Source of the DNA: a virus
Taxonomy: Duplodnaviria > Caudoviricetes
DNA: 32,592 nucleotides
Direction: 5' to 3' (one strand)
Virus record (IMG/VR): IMGVR_UViG_3300005611_000126
Span: 1 to 32,592 of that record
The stretch's first letter is position 1. Every line of letters begins with the position of its first letter. Both the position numbers and the translations under genes were made by a program. The notes beneath the pieces are model-generated. The model made no database searches, was not told the DNA's origin, and saw nothing but the letters and a program-made list of their open reading frames with translations. Shown here one piece after another: positions 1 to 9,781 of the stretch.

Positions 1-113
1 GTGAAATCATCACCGCTTGGGGATGTATATAATGTTGTTAAATCTGTAGTGGTAAGTATTTCATGCGCTGTTTCCGCTCTTTGTATGTACTGTCTTTGTG
101 AGGATAAATCCAT
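1..113 (-). CDS. partial small virion-module protein (runs off the left edge)
   Basis: ATG at 113 overlaps the TAA of the upstream gene (TAATG coupling); open frame MDLSSQRQYIQRAETAHEILTTTDLTTLYTSPSGDDF to the window edge. Confidence 0.7.
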   Translation of the reverse strand, partial: MDLSSQRQYIQRAETAHEILTTTDLTTLYTSPSGDDF

Positions 114-1624
114 TATCTTTTACCCCTTGGTCTAATGTTTAATCTAATTTTTCCTACTTGAAAGTCTTGTGTGGTACTGCCTGTGACTGTCATTTGTACT
201 TGTCGTGCAGTAAACCTTGCATCGGTATAACCATCACTTTCAAAAGTAAAACTGCCAAAGTCGGTTTCTGCACCGAGTGGAGTAAATTTACCTTTGAAAC
301 TAAGGGTGACACCTGGAAGCGTGTTAGCCTCTTCGTCTGGAATGATTTGATTGCATTGGACATAATTGTCACCATTGCCTATTTCAATAGGCCCAGAGGT
401 CGCATATGGAACAGCAGAGCCTAAGTTAGGTGAGTTACCTAATACAGTTGATTCGTGCTGATACACAAACCCAGCGTTATCTGCTGAAGTTGGATAATCA
501 AAGACACCTTGGTCAACCCAACAACCTCTGTCTAGTTCACCAATAGACCAAACATTTTCACCATAGTTCCAAATCACATATTTGTTTGGTGCGTATTGTG
601 ATTCACCGCTTGGGAATCCCCACCATATTTCATTGAAGTTAGAGTTGTGTCCGCCCCAACAAGCCTTTCTACCTGGTACATTAAGTTGATCGTAAACATA
701 ATCATGCACTTCGCATGGTATTTCTCTAACAGTACCATCGTAAACAAAGAAAGAGTTTTCACCCATCCATGCTAGGAAGTTACCAGTAGAAACAATGGAT
801 CTTCTGCTGACTGCTTTACAGTTAGTTCCAGCATCAGCAATACCATAAACAAAGGGTGATCCTGCATAGAACATTCTGCTGATACCTGTATCACTAAAGA
901 TAATAATGTCATTACCAAATGATGCTGCTATGACAGCTCTACCACCTGTAGGGATTTGTAAATCACCTGCGGTGTTAGTAGCTTTAGATGTCCAGTTGGT
1001 ATTATCTTCTCTGTTTGACCATTGAATCCTTCTTGGATCTCCGCCTGAACCTATGGCAACCAAATGTCTTTCGTTGGTTACAATAATGGCTTGACATCCT
1101 GTGGGTGCGTTAGATACGACTGTGGCTATGGTATCGGGTGATCCACCTGCCGAATCTGGTCGCCATTGGTAAATCTTACCATCGCCAGAAAAACAGAAGT
1201 TTAAATGTTCACCCCAGTTGTCAAAAGAAAAATGACCTGTATCTAAAGGTAAACCTGATTGTGAACGAGCATCACCATAATCTTCGACATTGTAATGGTA
1301 TGCACCAAAACCAAGAGGGTCATTCGTTGCATCATTAACAAAGCCTACTGGTGTGATATCAGTCCAGGTGTTGTCGTATAAAACATAAACCTTTTCTCTT
1401 GTACCAACTGCTAATACTGGTTGGCCCAAGTTATCGTTATAGGCGTACATCCCAATGGGTGCGCCATCTAGTGCTGTAGCTCTAAGTTTTGTCCAGCCAC
1501 CTATAGGTTTTAGGTAGCCATTTTCAAAGCGAACTAAATTCCCGTCAACCCAACGACCTTTGTTGCCATAATCAGTTCCGTTCTTGACTATGCCTGCGGG
1601 TGGAGTAATTGGGAATAATGCCAT
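113..1624 (-). CDS. tail/head-closure stabilisation protein (P22 gp10-like beta-propeller)
   Basis: 503 aa, rich in W/G/D beta-strand motifs (RIQWSNRED, VWSIGELDR); position after adaptor and tail fibre in a P22-like late operon. Confidence 0.7.
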   Translation of the reverse strand: MALFPITPPAGIVKNGTDYGNKGRWVDGNLVRFENGYLKPIGGWTKLRATALDGAPIGMYAYNDNLGQPVLAVGTREKVYVLYDNTWTDITPVGFVNDATNDPLGFGAYHYNVEDYGDARSQSGLPLDTGHFSFDNWGEHLNFCFSGDGKIYQWRPDSAGGSPDTIATVVSNAPTGCQAIIVTNERHLVAIGSGGDPRRIQWSNREDNTNWTSKATNTAGDLQIPTGGRAVIAASFGNDIIIFSDTGISRMFYAGSPFVYGIADAGTNCKAVSRRSIVSTGNFLAWMGENSFFVYDGTVREIPCEVHDYVYDQLNVPGRKACWGGHNSNFNEIWWGFPSGESQYAPNKYVIWNYGENVWSIGELDRGCWVDQGVFDYPTSADNAGFVYQHESTVLGNSPNLGSAVPYATSGPIEIGNGDNYVQCNQIIPDEEANTLPGVTLSFKGKFTPLGAETDFGSFTFESDGYTDARFTARQVQMTVTGSTTQDFQVGKIRLNIRPRGKR

Positions 1625-1628
1625 TCAC

Positions 1629-1973
1629 TTATGCTGATAATTTTTTTGTTACAGATGTTGGGTTGATTTGCCCTGCAATATTTGCATCAAGGCTATCTTT
1701 TAAAGATTGCACCTCTTCTTCACCCATTGCACCTTCGACCCAACCTTGAACTTGTGAACTTGTCACGCTGTCAAAGTCTGTAAAGTTTGATAAATCAGAT
1801 GTGTCTAATACTTGAGTACCATAAACAGATGCTGTGTAGGGATTGCCCTCTGCGTCTACCTCAGTATCAGTGGCGTTTAATCGCCAGTGTACCAAATAAA
1901 TCACATCGCTGTGTCCTTCGTCAGTAGGGTATACATCTACTGTGTTTACATTCCATTCATAAGATATTGCCAT
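1629..1973 (-). CDS. small acidic tail-fibre-associated protein
   Basis: 114 aa ORF with GAGG RBS directly downstream of the tail fibre; motif pattern (YEWNV..VHWRL..QVQGWV) typical of fibre-adjacent phage proteins. Confidence 0.6.
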   Translation of the reverse strand: MAISYEWNVNTVDVYPTDEGHSDVIYLVHWRLNATDTEVDAEGNPYTASVYGTQVLDTSDLSNFTDFDSVTSSQVQGWVEGAMGEEEVQSLKDSLDANIAGQINPTSVTKKLSA

Positions 1974-1994
1974 TTTTATTTTCCTCTTTGGTTA

Positions 1995-3422
1995 TTAACT
2001 TTCTAAGGCTGTTATACGAGCTTCTAAAGACTCTATTAATGCTTGTTGTTCTTGCAGTGCTTTAGTTAAAAGTGGTACAAGTTTAGATTGGTCTATGCCT
2101 TGATATTCAGGCACTTCTCTTGTTCCCATAACTGCTTCAGTTACTACATTTCCATCTTCATCTAGTACAGCAGGAGTTACCTCGTATTCTTCTTCCTTCA
2201 TTTCATCCTTAACACCACTGATAGCTTCTGGAACTATGTCTTGTACTTCGTGTGCTAGGAAACCATCAACTGTTGTATTTGCATCAGCTATAAAATTAAA
2301 TCTAGCTGGTTTTAATTGTGCAACTCTATCAAGAGCATTAAAGTCATAATCTACATTTTCTTTTAATCTGTAGTCTGATGAGGTGTTGTATGCTGTTGCT
2401 GATGCTGTAACTGAAATACTTCCAACTGTTGTGCCGTCTTTGCGGAAGTCTACAATAGCACCATCGTTTGTTTGTCTATTAAAAAAAGCAACTTGCCCAC
2501 CACTTCTTGCAACGGATAAAGTGGTAGGAGCAATCTGAATACCTTCAACAGAACTAGAGGATGCAACACCAGCAGTAGTAGTACCCACCAACAAGCTGCC
2601 CGAGCTATCCAGTCGCATTTTTTCTGAACCTGCAACACGAAATTGCATATTTCCGCTAAAGTCCCCGTCATGCTCATACTTAATAAATCCTTGCTCAGAA
2701 ACGCCACCACTGTTTGTGAATGATATTTGTGCTGAAGAAGCGTTGTCAGAGTGAAGGTTGATAACAGGAGTGTTAGCCTTTAGGTGCAGCAGCTTGTTTG
2801 GCGAACTCGTACCAATTCCAACGTTGCCTGAAGTATCTACAACAAGATAATCATTAGTCCCCAACCCTGAATGTTCAGAAATTTTAAACTTATCACTATC
2901 ACTATCATCAATACCTACAGACCAATGTTGTGTGTTGTTTGCTAAGAAATTAATGTAAGGGTCTGCTCCACCTTCTCCTTCAATTTGAACTGTAGCATTA
3001 CCTGCACCAGTTCCAAATACTGATAATTTGTGAGGTGGACTAGTCGTACCAATTCCAACAGAATTAGCTGAAGAATCTACAAATAAAGTTCCGCTATCCC
3101 AATTTAAATCACCTGTACCACCTGTAAGTGCTGTCAGCGTACCAACGCTTGTAATATTAGGTTGTGCTGCTGTGGCAAGTGTGCCTGTGATCGAAGTGTT
3201 AGCAGTTAAAGTAGTAAATGTACCTGCTGCTGGAGTTGTACCACCAATGACAGAGCTATCAATGACTGCTCCGTCTAAGTTAATTGCTACCGATGTACCA
3301 GTAGCACTAAAGATTGCATCTAGGTCATCTAAGTCATTGTTTAACTTAGTTCCCCAGGTATCGGTGGATGCACCAACCTCTGGTTTGGTAAGGTTTAAAT
3401 TAGTAGTAAATGTATCTGCCAT
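1995..3422 (-). CDS. tail fibre with C-terminal intramolecular chaperone (Peptidase S74)
   Basis: N-terminal anchor ([18 protein letters not shown]), repeated VGIGT fibre motifs, SDYRLKENV autocleavage motif, GFLAHEVQ and C-terminal coiled coil. Confidence 0.85.
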   Translation of the reverse strand: MADTFTTNLNLTKPEVGASTDTWGTKLNNDLDDLDAIFSATGTSVAINLDGAVIDSSVIGGTTPAAGTFTTLTANTSITGTLATAAQPNITSVGTLTALTGGTGDLNWDSGTLFVDSSANSVGIGTTSPPHKLSVFGTGAGNATVQIEGEGGADPYINFLANNTQHWSVGIDDSDSDKFKISEHSGLGTNDYLVVDTSGNVGIGTSSPNKLLHLKANTPVINLHSDNASSAQISFTNSGGVSEQGFIKYEHDGDFSGNMQFRVAGSEKMRLDSSGSLLVGTTTAGVASSSSVEGIQIAPTTLSVARSGGQVAFFNRQTNDGAIVDFRKDGTTVGSISVTASATAYNTSSDYRLKENVDYDFNALDRVAQLKPARFNFIADANTTVDGFLAHEVQDIVPEAISGVKDEMKEEEYEVTPAVLDEDGNVVTEAVMGTREVPEYQGIDQSKLVPLLTKALQEQQALIESLEARITALES

Positions 3423-3434
3423 AAAAAAATTCCT

Positions 3435-4280
3435 TTAAGCTGCGTCTTGTTTGCCTAATGTTGTCCAGTCTGAAGGTGGTACAGATTCTTCTGTCCATGT
3501 ACCGCTAGGTGCAGTTTGATCTGTCCATGTCTCTGCTGGAACTATAATGTCATTCCATTTTAAACCACCAACAGCAGAAAAACCACTTGTTTGTTGAATG
3601 GTTGCTGAACCACGATCAATTTGTCTACCAGTCGCTACAAAATCTGAAACTGCTGGTAAAGTTGCATTTGCACTGATGGTGAATCGACCTGTAGCAGTCA
3701 TATCAGAGATAGCTGCTATAGAAGAAACACCACGATCTATTTGTCTGCCTGTGGCCGTCATACCAGATGTTTCTGGTAATGTGGAAGATCCTAATTTAAT
3801 TAAGACCCCAGCAGATGTCATATCACTGGTTGAGGCTATGGTTGCAACACCCCTATCAATTTGCGTACCTACTGCACTAAAGTCTGATACTGCAGCAATG
3901 GTCGCAACACCTCTGTCTATTTGTCTACCTGTTGCAGACATTCCAGATGTCTCAGCTATAGTCGCTGATCCACGATCTATTTGTCGACCTGTAGCTGAAC
4001 CGCCTGAAACTGCTGATATAACTGATGCACCAAACTTGAGGACTACGCCATCACCAGTAAAGTTTGAAGTTTGTGCAAGGGTGGATGACCCTAATTTAAT
4101 AATTGTACCGACTGAATCAAAGTCAGATACACCTGGTATGGTAGCCACACCATAGCGTATAACTGATGATTCAGCAGTAAAGCCTGATGTTTGGGCGGAT
4201 GTAGCTACACCAAAATGATAAACGGGAGTTCCATAGTCGGACTTCCCGTATGTGTATAACCCGTAGCCTACTGAGGCCAT
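3435..4280 (-). CDS. 20-aa repeat structural protein
   Basis: 281 aa with about 11 repeats of a ~20-aa unit (e.g. ATGRQIDRGSATIAETSGMS); late operon context. Confidence 0.75.
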   Translation of the reverse strand: MASVGYGLYTYGKSDYGTPVYHFGVATSAQTSGFTAESSVIRYGVATIPGVSDFDSVGTIIKLGSSTLAQTSNFTGDGVVLKFGASVISAVSGGSATGRQIDRGSATIAETSGMSATGRQIDRGVATIAAVSDFSAVGTQIDRGVATIASTSDMTSAGVLIKLGSSTLPETSGMTATGRQIDRGVSSIAAISDMTATGRFTISANATLPAVSDFVATGRQIDRGSATIQQTSGFSAVGGLKWNDIIVPAETWTDQTAPSGTWTEESVPPSDWTTLGKQDAA

Positions 4281-4284
4281 GGTA

Positions 4285-4677
4285 TTAAGCTAATGTGATG
4301 TCTAAATCACCAGCGTCAAATCTGAATACATCTCCTGTTGATACAGTTTTTGAGGTAGTTAAATCTGCATATGCAAGTAAGTTACCACTAGATGAAGCAT
4401 CTAAAATACCAACTGCAACCACTGTTCCGTAATCGGCTGTAGCTGTTGGGTATTCGATTGCAGCAGAGTTTGTTGCTGTTGTGGGGGATGTGCCTGAGAC
4501 AGTAAAAGTTCCAGTTTGTCTTACATAAGAACCACCTGTTACTTCAGTACCACCACCAGTATCGTCAGGTGCTACTGTATACAAAGCAACATACAAAGTT
4601 GCAGGTGCTGTATAAGCAGTACCGCCAAATACATGGTCAAGTACCTTGTCTTCTAAATAATCACTAAATCCAGCCAT
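4285..4677 (-). CDS. conserved small virion/fibre protein
   Basis: 130 aa, MAGFSDYLEDKVLDHVF...LYVALYT...GGTEVTGGSYVRQ...FDAGDLDITLA, a widespread beta-rich phage structural family. Confidence 0.7.
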   Translation of the reverse strand: MAGFSDYLEDKVLDHVFGGTAYTAPATLYVALYTVAPDDTGGGTEVTGGSYVRQTGTFTVSGTSPTTATNSAAIEYPTATADYGTVVAVGILDASSSGNLLAYADLTTSKTVSTGDVFRFDAGDLDITLA

Positions 4678-4688
4678 TTTCTATACTC

Positions 4689-5339
4689 CTAGTTATTACC
4701 AAAATAATAAATGTCTTTTCTGCGTTTGCCATATGTTCTTCTTCTTTGCATTAAAGAACCTTTTGCAAACTCAGCTTTTTCTTGCTCTAGTCTCATTTCT
4801 TCTAAAGCCTTCTCGAACTGTGCTGTAAATAGTGGCACTCGTTCATCTTCCATTAAATAGATAGAAGCGTGTTTTAGTGATCCGTAAAGGTAAGCATCTG
4901 GATATCCTGTGGATAAAAAGTTACTCGTATTAGAATCGCTTAAAGCATCTATCTTTCCGTAGTAGGTTAATTGTACTGTATAACTTCCATCTGGGGTAGG
5001 TGCAAATTCAATTGAATCATCTACCAATGCAAAGTAAATAGGTTGGCCTGTTACATTGTCATTAGACTTTCTGTATACATCCAATGATTCTATGGATTGT
5101 TGAAACAAAGGTGAAAAGTCACCGCTATCAATTTGTATGTTTATAGCCTCTAACCAATCAGTTGGTACTGATATGTATTGTGAATCTAATGTTGCAGTGG
5201 CTCTTTTAATCATGCCTTTAACTCTTAATCTGCGGTTAAATTCTGATTCTGTGCTATCTATAAATGAATCAATTACATCTGTTAAATCTGAACGATTTAA
5301 GTAACTTGCGATATTAGATTTTAATTCTGCGTATGTCAT
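4689..5339 (-). CDS. head-to-tail adaptor protein
   Basis: MTYAELKSNIASYLNRSDLT..FI..E..NRRLR, VPTDWLE and YPDAYLYGSL motifs; located downstream of the capsid gene. Confidence 0.75.
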   Translation of the reverse strand: MTYAELKSNIASYLNRSDLTDVIDSFIDSTESEFNRRLRVKGMIKRATATLDSQYISVPTDWLEAINIQIDSGDFSPLFQQSIESLDVYRKSNDNVTGQPIYFALVDDSIEFAPTPDGSYTVQLTYYGKIDALSDSNTSNFLSTGYPDAYLYGSLKHASIYLMEDERVPLFTAQFEKALEEMRLEQEKAEFAKGSLMQRRRTYGKRRKDIYYFGNN

Positions 5340-5629
5340 AGTTTACCCTGCCATGTCCTAAAGACTTTATTTTCTGAGTTATTTAACCATCTTTTCCATG
5401 CGTTCATATCATTCGCCCAGCCTTCTCGACAAGCTCTTTGATATACAACCAATGGCACTTCTGCCACATGGCGAAGATCTTTACCTGGCTTAACATTCTC
5501 TGCAATGTTTTTACAATGTTCGATTACTGGACTTACATCTTGGGTGGTATGAAATATATCTTTACCGCTTTCAGTAATAAACTCGTTAGTAAAACCAGTC
5601 TTATGATCTATAACAGTTCTTTTAGCCAT
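5336..5629 (-). CDS. conserved hypothetical phage protein
   Basis: 97 aa ORF with ATGA overlap to the adaptor gene; QDVSPVIE...HVAEVP...WLNNSEN..FRT pattern seen in phage genes after the capsid. Confidence 0.7.
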   Translation of the reverse strand: MAKRTVIDHKTGFTNEFITESGKDIFHTTQDVSPVIEHCKNIAENVKPGKDLRHVAEVPLVVYQRACREGWANDMNAWKRWLNNSENKVFRTWQGKL

Positions 5630-5635
5630 GCAAGA

Positions 5636-5644
5636 ATTTTACCA
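5636..5644 (-). promoter_or_regulatory. extended -10 promoter (TGG-TAAAAT), probably leaderless
   Basis: minus strand reads GTGGTAAAATTCTTGCATG: extended -10 only 6 nt before the ATG at 5629, with no RBS. Confidence 0.5.
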
Positions 5645-5645
5645 C

Positions 5646-5671
5646 AAAAAAAAGGGATGCCGAAACATCCC
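5646..5671 (-). terminator. Rho-independent terminator after the major capsid gene
   Basis: minus strand GGGATG-TTTCGG-CATCCC hairpin (UUCG loop) followed by a T8 tract. Confidence 0.85.
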
Positions 5672-5693
5672 TTTAAGGTTCTTAACCGAGAAC

Positions 5694-6629
5694 TTAACTT
5701 ACATTAAGGTCAGCAACAACACCATGAGCAGCTTCGTTGGATACTTCCAATCCATACTCCACAATAATCATTTTTGTCATAGCATCGCCTATTGTAGCAA
5801 TGTCAACTGTTTTGAAATCACGCAAGTAAGATACTTTTGCATACTCAGGATCAACCAACAGTAAAGATCTTTCTCTTGATCTGTTTGATGGAACGATTTT
5901 CAGTTCACCAAAGTCAGATGAGTAGATAGATACTGATGCTTCAACTGTGTTTGCATCGATCATTTGTCTTGCTTGAGTTCTACCTGTGAAACCAGAGATA
6001 ACTTGTTTGTTATGTGGGCCACAAATAGCTAATGATGGTTCACCACCATTAGTGAAACAAAGTTGTAGAACATCTTTTAACAAAGTTTCTGATAAAGCTC
6101 TTTGAGTTCCGTCTGTTGGAGCAGCTCCACCACCTGTAGAAGCTCCACCAGAACCTCTTGAGTCGTTAGATGTGATCCATGATTCAAAACCACCTGTTAC
6201 ACGAGCAACTGATGCACTACCAGTTGTTTTTGCACCATTTTGACAAAGAGCTTCTTCCATATCTCTCTTCAGAGCTTTAGACATGATAGCTAGTTGATGA
6301 GCCATTTCTGATCTCTTACCAGCAGGGTCTGAAGACTCTTGTGAGCCTGATACAGTTGCATCTCTTTTTGAAATCATAGCAACATTGCTAACTCTGGTTG
6401 TTGCAACTGAAGCTGATCTTGAAAGTTCAAAACCTTCTAGCTCACCTGTAGCAACTGGAGTTGCTAATACTTCTGTTTGCCAATCAAAGACAACATTGTT
6501 AATACTTCTTTTTCCAATTGATGACATAAACGGAGTTTGCATTGGAGAGATGTTGTAAATGATATTACTTAAATCTTCTCTGTCTGAAGTCGCGCTGTAT
6601 GTATCAAATGCGTTTGTTACTTTAGCCAT
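5694..6629 (-). CDS. major capsid protein (HK97 fold, DUF5309/SU10-like)
   Basis: 311 aa, REDLSNIIYNISPMQTPFMS, WQTE, LKRDME, YSSDFG, EYGLEVSNEAAHG motifs; follows the scaffold and precedes a terminator. Confidence 0.9.
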   Translation of the reverse strand: MAKVTNAFDTYSATSDREDLSNIIYNISPMQTPFMSSIGKRSINNVVFDWQTEVLATPVATGELEGFELSRSASVATTRVSNVAMISKRDATVSGSQESSDPAGKRSEMAHQLAIMSKALKRDMEEALCQNGAKTTGSASVARVTGGFESWITSNDSRGSGGASTGGGAAPTDGTQRALSETLLKDVLQLCFTNGGEPSLAICGPHNKQVISGFTGRTQARQMIDANTVEASVSIYSSDFGELKIVPSNRSRERSLLLVDPEYAKVSYLRDFKTVDIATIGDAMTKMIIVEYGLEVSNEAAHGVVADLNVS

Positions 6630-6646
6630 TATATTTACCTATAAAA

Positions 6647-7645
6647 TTATTTTAAAAATTGTTCAAAAACTTTAGCAGCATCCTGGACTTTTCCAGTTTT
6701 TGCTAAAACCTGTTTTGCTCTTTTCGCTGGTGCTACCGATTTCTTTCTGGTAGTTGTTCCGGGTCGGGCTACTCTTGCAGGTGCTTTTTGTGTTGGTTTC
6801 TTCTTTGTGGCTTCAACTGTTTTAGAGTTTAACCAAGCATTTCTTAAACCAAGCAAAGCACGATAGTCATAAATTGCATCCATTTCTTGAGGTGAATATC
6901 CCAAGACATTAATACCATAGTCGCGAATTGCTAGTTTCTCTTTCGAGGCAACTTCTGCATTTTTCCATTCTGGTATGATTTCCAGTAGTCTTTGCTGGCC
7001 TTCTTGCACTTGTTGTGCAATTAGTTGTTGCTGTTGAACATATGATTCCTGTTGGAGTCTTTGTTTTTCAGCTTGTGCAGCTTTTAACTTTTCTTTCTTT
7101 TCATCCCAGAGTTGTTTTTCGCGTACAAATGCTATCGGATCATCATTGTATAAACTATCCCAATCTGGTTCGTTTACCAATTCGCCCTGTAATTGGGCTT
7201 CCATCTTCGGTAACAACTGTGCGTAAATCGCATCTCTTTGAGCAAGTTCTTGGGCTTGTTGCTCAATCGTTTTTCTTTGATTGGCAAGTTCCTGTGTCTT
7301 CCTCGTATAATCTTGTTGGCGTGAATAACCATTAAGGAGTTCGTCTTGCGTGACCTCTATCTCTTCGCCATCAACTGTGACTCTGTAGACGGGTTGCTCT
7401 TCTACCTCTTCAACTTCCGTTTCTTCTTCACCATCTTCTTCATCATCGTATTCAAGATCTTCTTCATCGACAAGCTCTTCGTCTTGCTCTTCAAATTCAT
7501 CAATCTCAGGTTCAATGACCTCTTCAGCTTCCTCTATGACTGCTTCTTCTTGCGTATCCTCTTCAGGGGCTAAGAAACTTTCAAATGCCGAGGTAGCTAA
7601 TTCACCTTCGGTTTGTAAAGCAGTCGGTTTTCCGTTATTGCTCAT
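6647..7645 (-). CDS. capsid scaffolding protein
   Basis: acidic N-terminus, VTVDGEEIEVT..EL..GYSRQQDYTRKTQ motif, coiled coil, basic C-terminus; AGGAG RBS; immediately upstream of MCP. Confidence 0.85.
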   Translation of the reverse strand: MSNNGKPTALQTEGELATSAFESFLAPEEDTQEEAVIEEAEEVIEPEIDEFEEQDEELVDEEDLEYDDEEDGEEETEVEEVEEQPVYRVTVDGEEIEVTQDELLNGYSRQQDYTRKTQELANQRKTIEQQAQELAQRDAIYAQLLPKMEAQLQGELVNEPDWDSLYNDDPIAFVREKQLWDEKKEKLKAAQAEKQRLQQESYVQQQQLIAQQVQEGQQRLLEIIPEWKNAEVASKEKLAIRDYGINVLGYSPQEMDAIYDYRALLGLRNAWLNSKTVEATKKKPTQKAPARVARPGTTTRKKSVAPAKRAKQVLAKTGKVQDAAKVFEQFLK

Positions 7646-7707
7646 ATAAATACTCCTATATTGTATTTAGGGATATTTTATATCAAGAATGTGTAAAAGG
7701 GAAAGTT

Positions 7708-7974
7708 TTAGGCTATGTTACGAATTTTATTAATGTTGGCTTTTGTGAGTTTGCCTTTCTCAGCCATGATGCGTAAATGTCTTTCTACTTCAGGGAGAAG
7801 TAATAAGGATCTGTGGAAGTCTTCTCTAACCGCAACATCATCAATACCACGAGAGTTTAACCAATGAGTTATGTATTCGTTTTTAAGATTTTCTATTGCT
7901 TCTTTAAAGACATCAGAATTTAAAATTCTTTCAGCTTCTGCTGCTTTAACTACTTCTTCGTGTGTGATTGACAT
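7708..7974 (-). CDS. conserved small helical head-module protein
   Basis: 88 aa helical ORF upstream of the scaffold gene. Confidence 0.65.
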   Translation of the reverse strand: MSITHEEVVKAAEAERILNSDVFKEAIENLKNEYITHWLNSRGIDDVAVREDFHRSLLLLPEVERHLRIMAEKGKLTKANINKIRNIA

Positions 7975-9162
7975 TTATAAACTAAATAATCCTCTTGGTA
8001 TTTGTGGTAATGTTCTGCCTCTGCTGATTGGAGATACAATATCTTCAACGCTAGGCTGGACAAAATTAGAAACTGGTAAGTTGGATAATCTAGTGAAGTT
8101 CATTGGCTGAATTGGTTGTGGCACGATTGGTTGTGGCACGATTGGTTGTGGCACGATTGGTAATTCAGGCATAACTGGAATATTTGGTATGACTGGCATT
8201 TGTGGTAATCCAGTAAAGTTCATTGGTATGGTTGGTATCTCTGGAACAAATGGTACTTCTTGTCTAACTGGTTGTTGTATTACTGGTTCAGGTATTTGTT
8301 GTATTTGTGGTATTACTGGTTTCGGCAATACGGGGATTTGTGGCTCTTGAAAAATAGGTGCAATTGGTTGTTGTATTACTGGTTCAGGTATAACAGGCGC
8401 TTGTGGTGTTACAAAATCTTTAAACAGTGATTCATTAATTTGATTTTGTAAATTTTCCCTACTCCCATATTTATTAATAATGTTTGCTTCTTCTCTAGCC
8501 CGTCTTTCTATTTCTTTTCTTTCTAATTCAGCAACTTGTTCAGGTGTATAAGTATCTCTTATATCTCCAATAGGCGTTGGTTCTTGAACAACAGGAGTAA
8601 TAGGTTGCTGTATTACTGGAGCTTGTGGTATTACTGGCTCAGAAATAATTGGTTGCTGTATTACTGGAGCTGTTGGCATTGAAGGTGCTATTGATGGAAT
8701 ATTAATACCACTAAAATCAATGTCTGCAAATTTTTCTGTATCAATGTTTTTAAGTATTTCTTCTACATCAATATCAAATAATGAAGGTCTGATATTTTCA
8801 ACGCCTCTGATATCTTGAATATCTTCAAACCTTGGTAAATTACTAAAATCTAAGTTTCTTATAAAATCTGGTATTCCCATAAAAGGAGTTGGCATAGGTG
8901 TTCCAACAGGAGCATAAGGCATTTGATCTTCTATGGTTAAGGGTGTTCCTTGAGTGGGTGCAATTGGCATAACAGGAGCAGGTCCTCTTGCAATCATGTC
9001 TAGGTCAGCTTGTGTATAACCACCAGCCATCTCTGGAGAATAGCTAACCCCTGGTGCAATGACTTGTTCCATGGGCATACCACCAGCTATTTGCTGTGCA
9101 TATGCTTGACCAGTTGCTACTGGTCCTGCCATTGTTTGTGTTGGTATTTGTCCGAACGCCAT
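7975..9162 (-). CDS. proline/glutamine-rich low-complexity protein
   Basis: 395 aa ORF abutting both neighbours; many PVIQQPI/PIVPQ repeats. Confidence 0.7.
   Translation of the reverse strand: MAFGQIPTQTMAGPVATGQAYAQQIAGGMPMEQVIAPGVSYSPEMAGGYTQADLDMIARGPAPVMPIAPTQGTPLTIEDQMPYAPVGTPMPTPFMGIPDFIRNLDFSNLPRFEDIQDIRGVENIRPSLFDIDVEEILKNIDTEKFADIDFSGINIPSIAPSMPTAPVIQQPIISEPVIPQAPVIQQPITPVVQEPTPIGDIRDTYTPEQVAELERKEIERRAREEANIINKYGSRENLQNQINESLFKDFVTPQAPVIPEPVIQQPIAPIFQEPQIPVLPKPVIPQIQQIPEPVIQQPVRQEVPFVPEIPTIPMNFTGLPQMPVIPNIPVMPELPIVPQPIVPQPIVPQPIQPMNFTRLSNLPVSNFVQPSVEDIVSPISRGRTLPQIPRGLFSL
8111..8160. repeat. 15-bp tandem repeat (3.3 copies) encoding PIVPQ
   Basis: ATTGGTTGTGGCACG x3 plus ATTGG. 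Confidence 0.9.
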
Positions 9163-9163
9163 A

Positions 9164-9400
9164 TTAATCAGTTATTAATTTATCTATTTTAGCATCAAGT
9201 TTGTCTAATTTGTCGAAAATTCTTTCTAACTCAATACTGAAGTCTTTTTTGCTGACATATTCTTTTGCAATCTCTTCTCTAGTTTTATTAAGTAAAATGC
9301 CTTGTCTTTGTATTTCTGAGCCATGACTTTTAATGAAATAAAAGATTGGAATGATTACCAATGGAATGATGATATCGAAAATCAGTTCCATGTCTTCCAT
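9164..9400 (-). CDS. single-pass membrane protein with coiled coil (lysis cluster)
   Basis: N-terminal hydrophobic helix (LIFDIIIPLVIIPIFYFI), EYVSKKDF..LDKLDAKIDKL coiled coil. Confidence 0.65.
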   Translation of the reverse strand: MEDMELIFDIIIPLVIIPIFYFIKSHGSEIQRQGILLNKTREEIAKEYVSKKDFSIELERIFDKLDKLDAKIDKLITD

Positions 9401-9406
9401 TAGAAA

Positions 9407-9781
9407 TCAATAGCTCCAGATATGAGGCCTTGGGCGATCATGCGTAGCTTTTGCGATATCGAGGTGTATAAATCTTCCATTGCCTTTTTGATTGACTCCA
9501 ATTCCTGTGAATCCGTAACCTTCTGCTGCGGATACTATTTGTAATGCTTCTTTGTGACTACAGGCTATATCGACTGCAATGCCTAAATTATGAGTACCTG
9601 GTTTGCTTTTTTTCTTTTCCACTGGATGCTCTGAACATCTGTATCCTGAAGAAATAACAAATGGAAAACCTAAGTCCTCTCTAAGTAATTGTAGCTTATC
9701 TATAAGCTCATATTCAATCTCATTTTCACCACAATGCTTACATTTAAACTCATCTAGCTTAAAATTCTTCCAATTACTCAT
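9407..9781 (-). CDS. endolysin, peptidase M15A family
   Basis: NFKLDEFKCK.CG, ISSGYRC..H, H..G.AVDI and FIHLD zinc-peptidase motifs. Confidence 0.88.
   Translation of the reverse strand: MSNWKNFKLDEFKCKHCGENEIEYELIDKLQLLREDLGFPFVISSGYRCSEHPVEKKKSKPGTHNLGIAVDIACSHKEALQIVSAAEGYGFTGIGVNQKGNGRFIHLDIAKATHDRPRPHIWSY

Noticed and set aside
1995-3422. Diversity-generating retroelement target in the tail fibre
   Set aside because: No reverse transcriptase and no template/variable repeat pair noticed
3172-4155. Plus-strand ORFs 3172-3438 and 3598-4155
   Set aside because: Antisense shadows of the tail fibre and repeat-protein genes; no RBS or motifs
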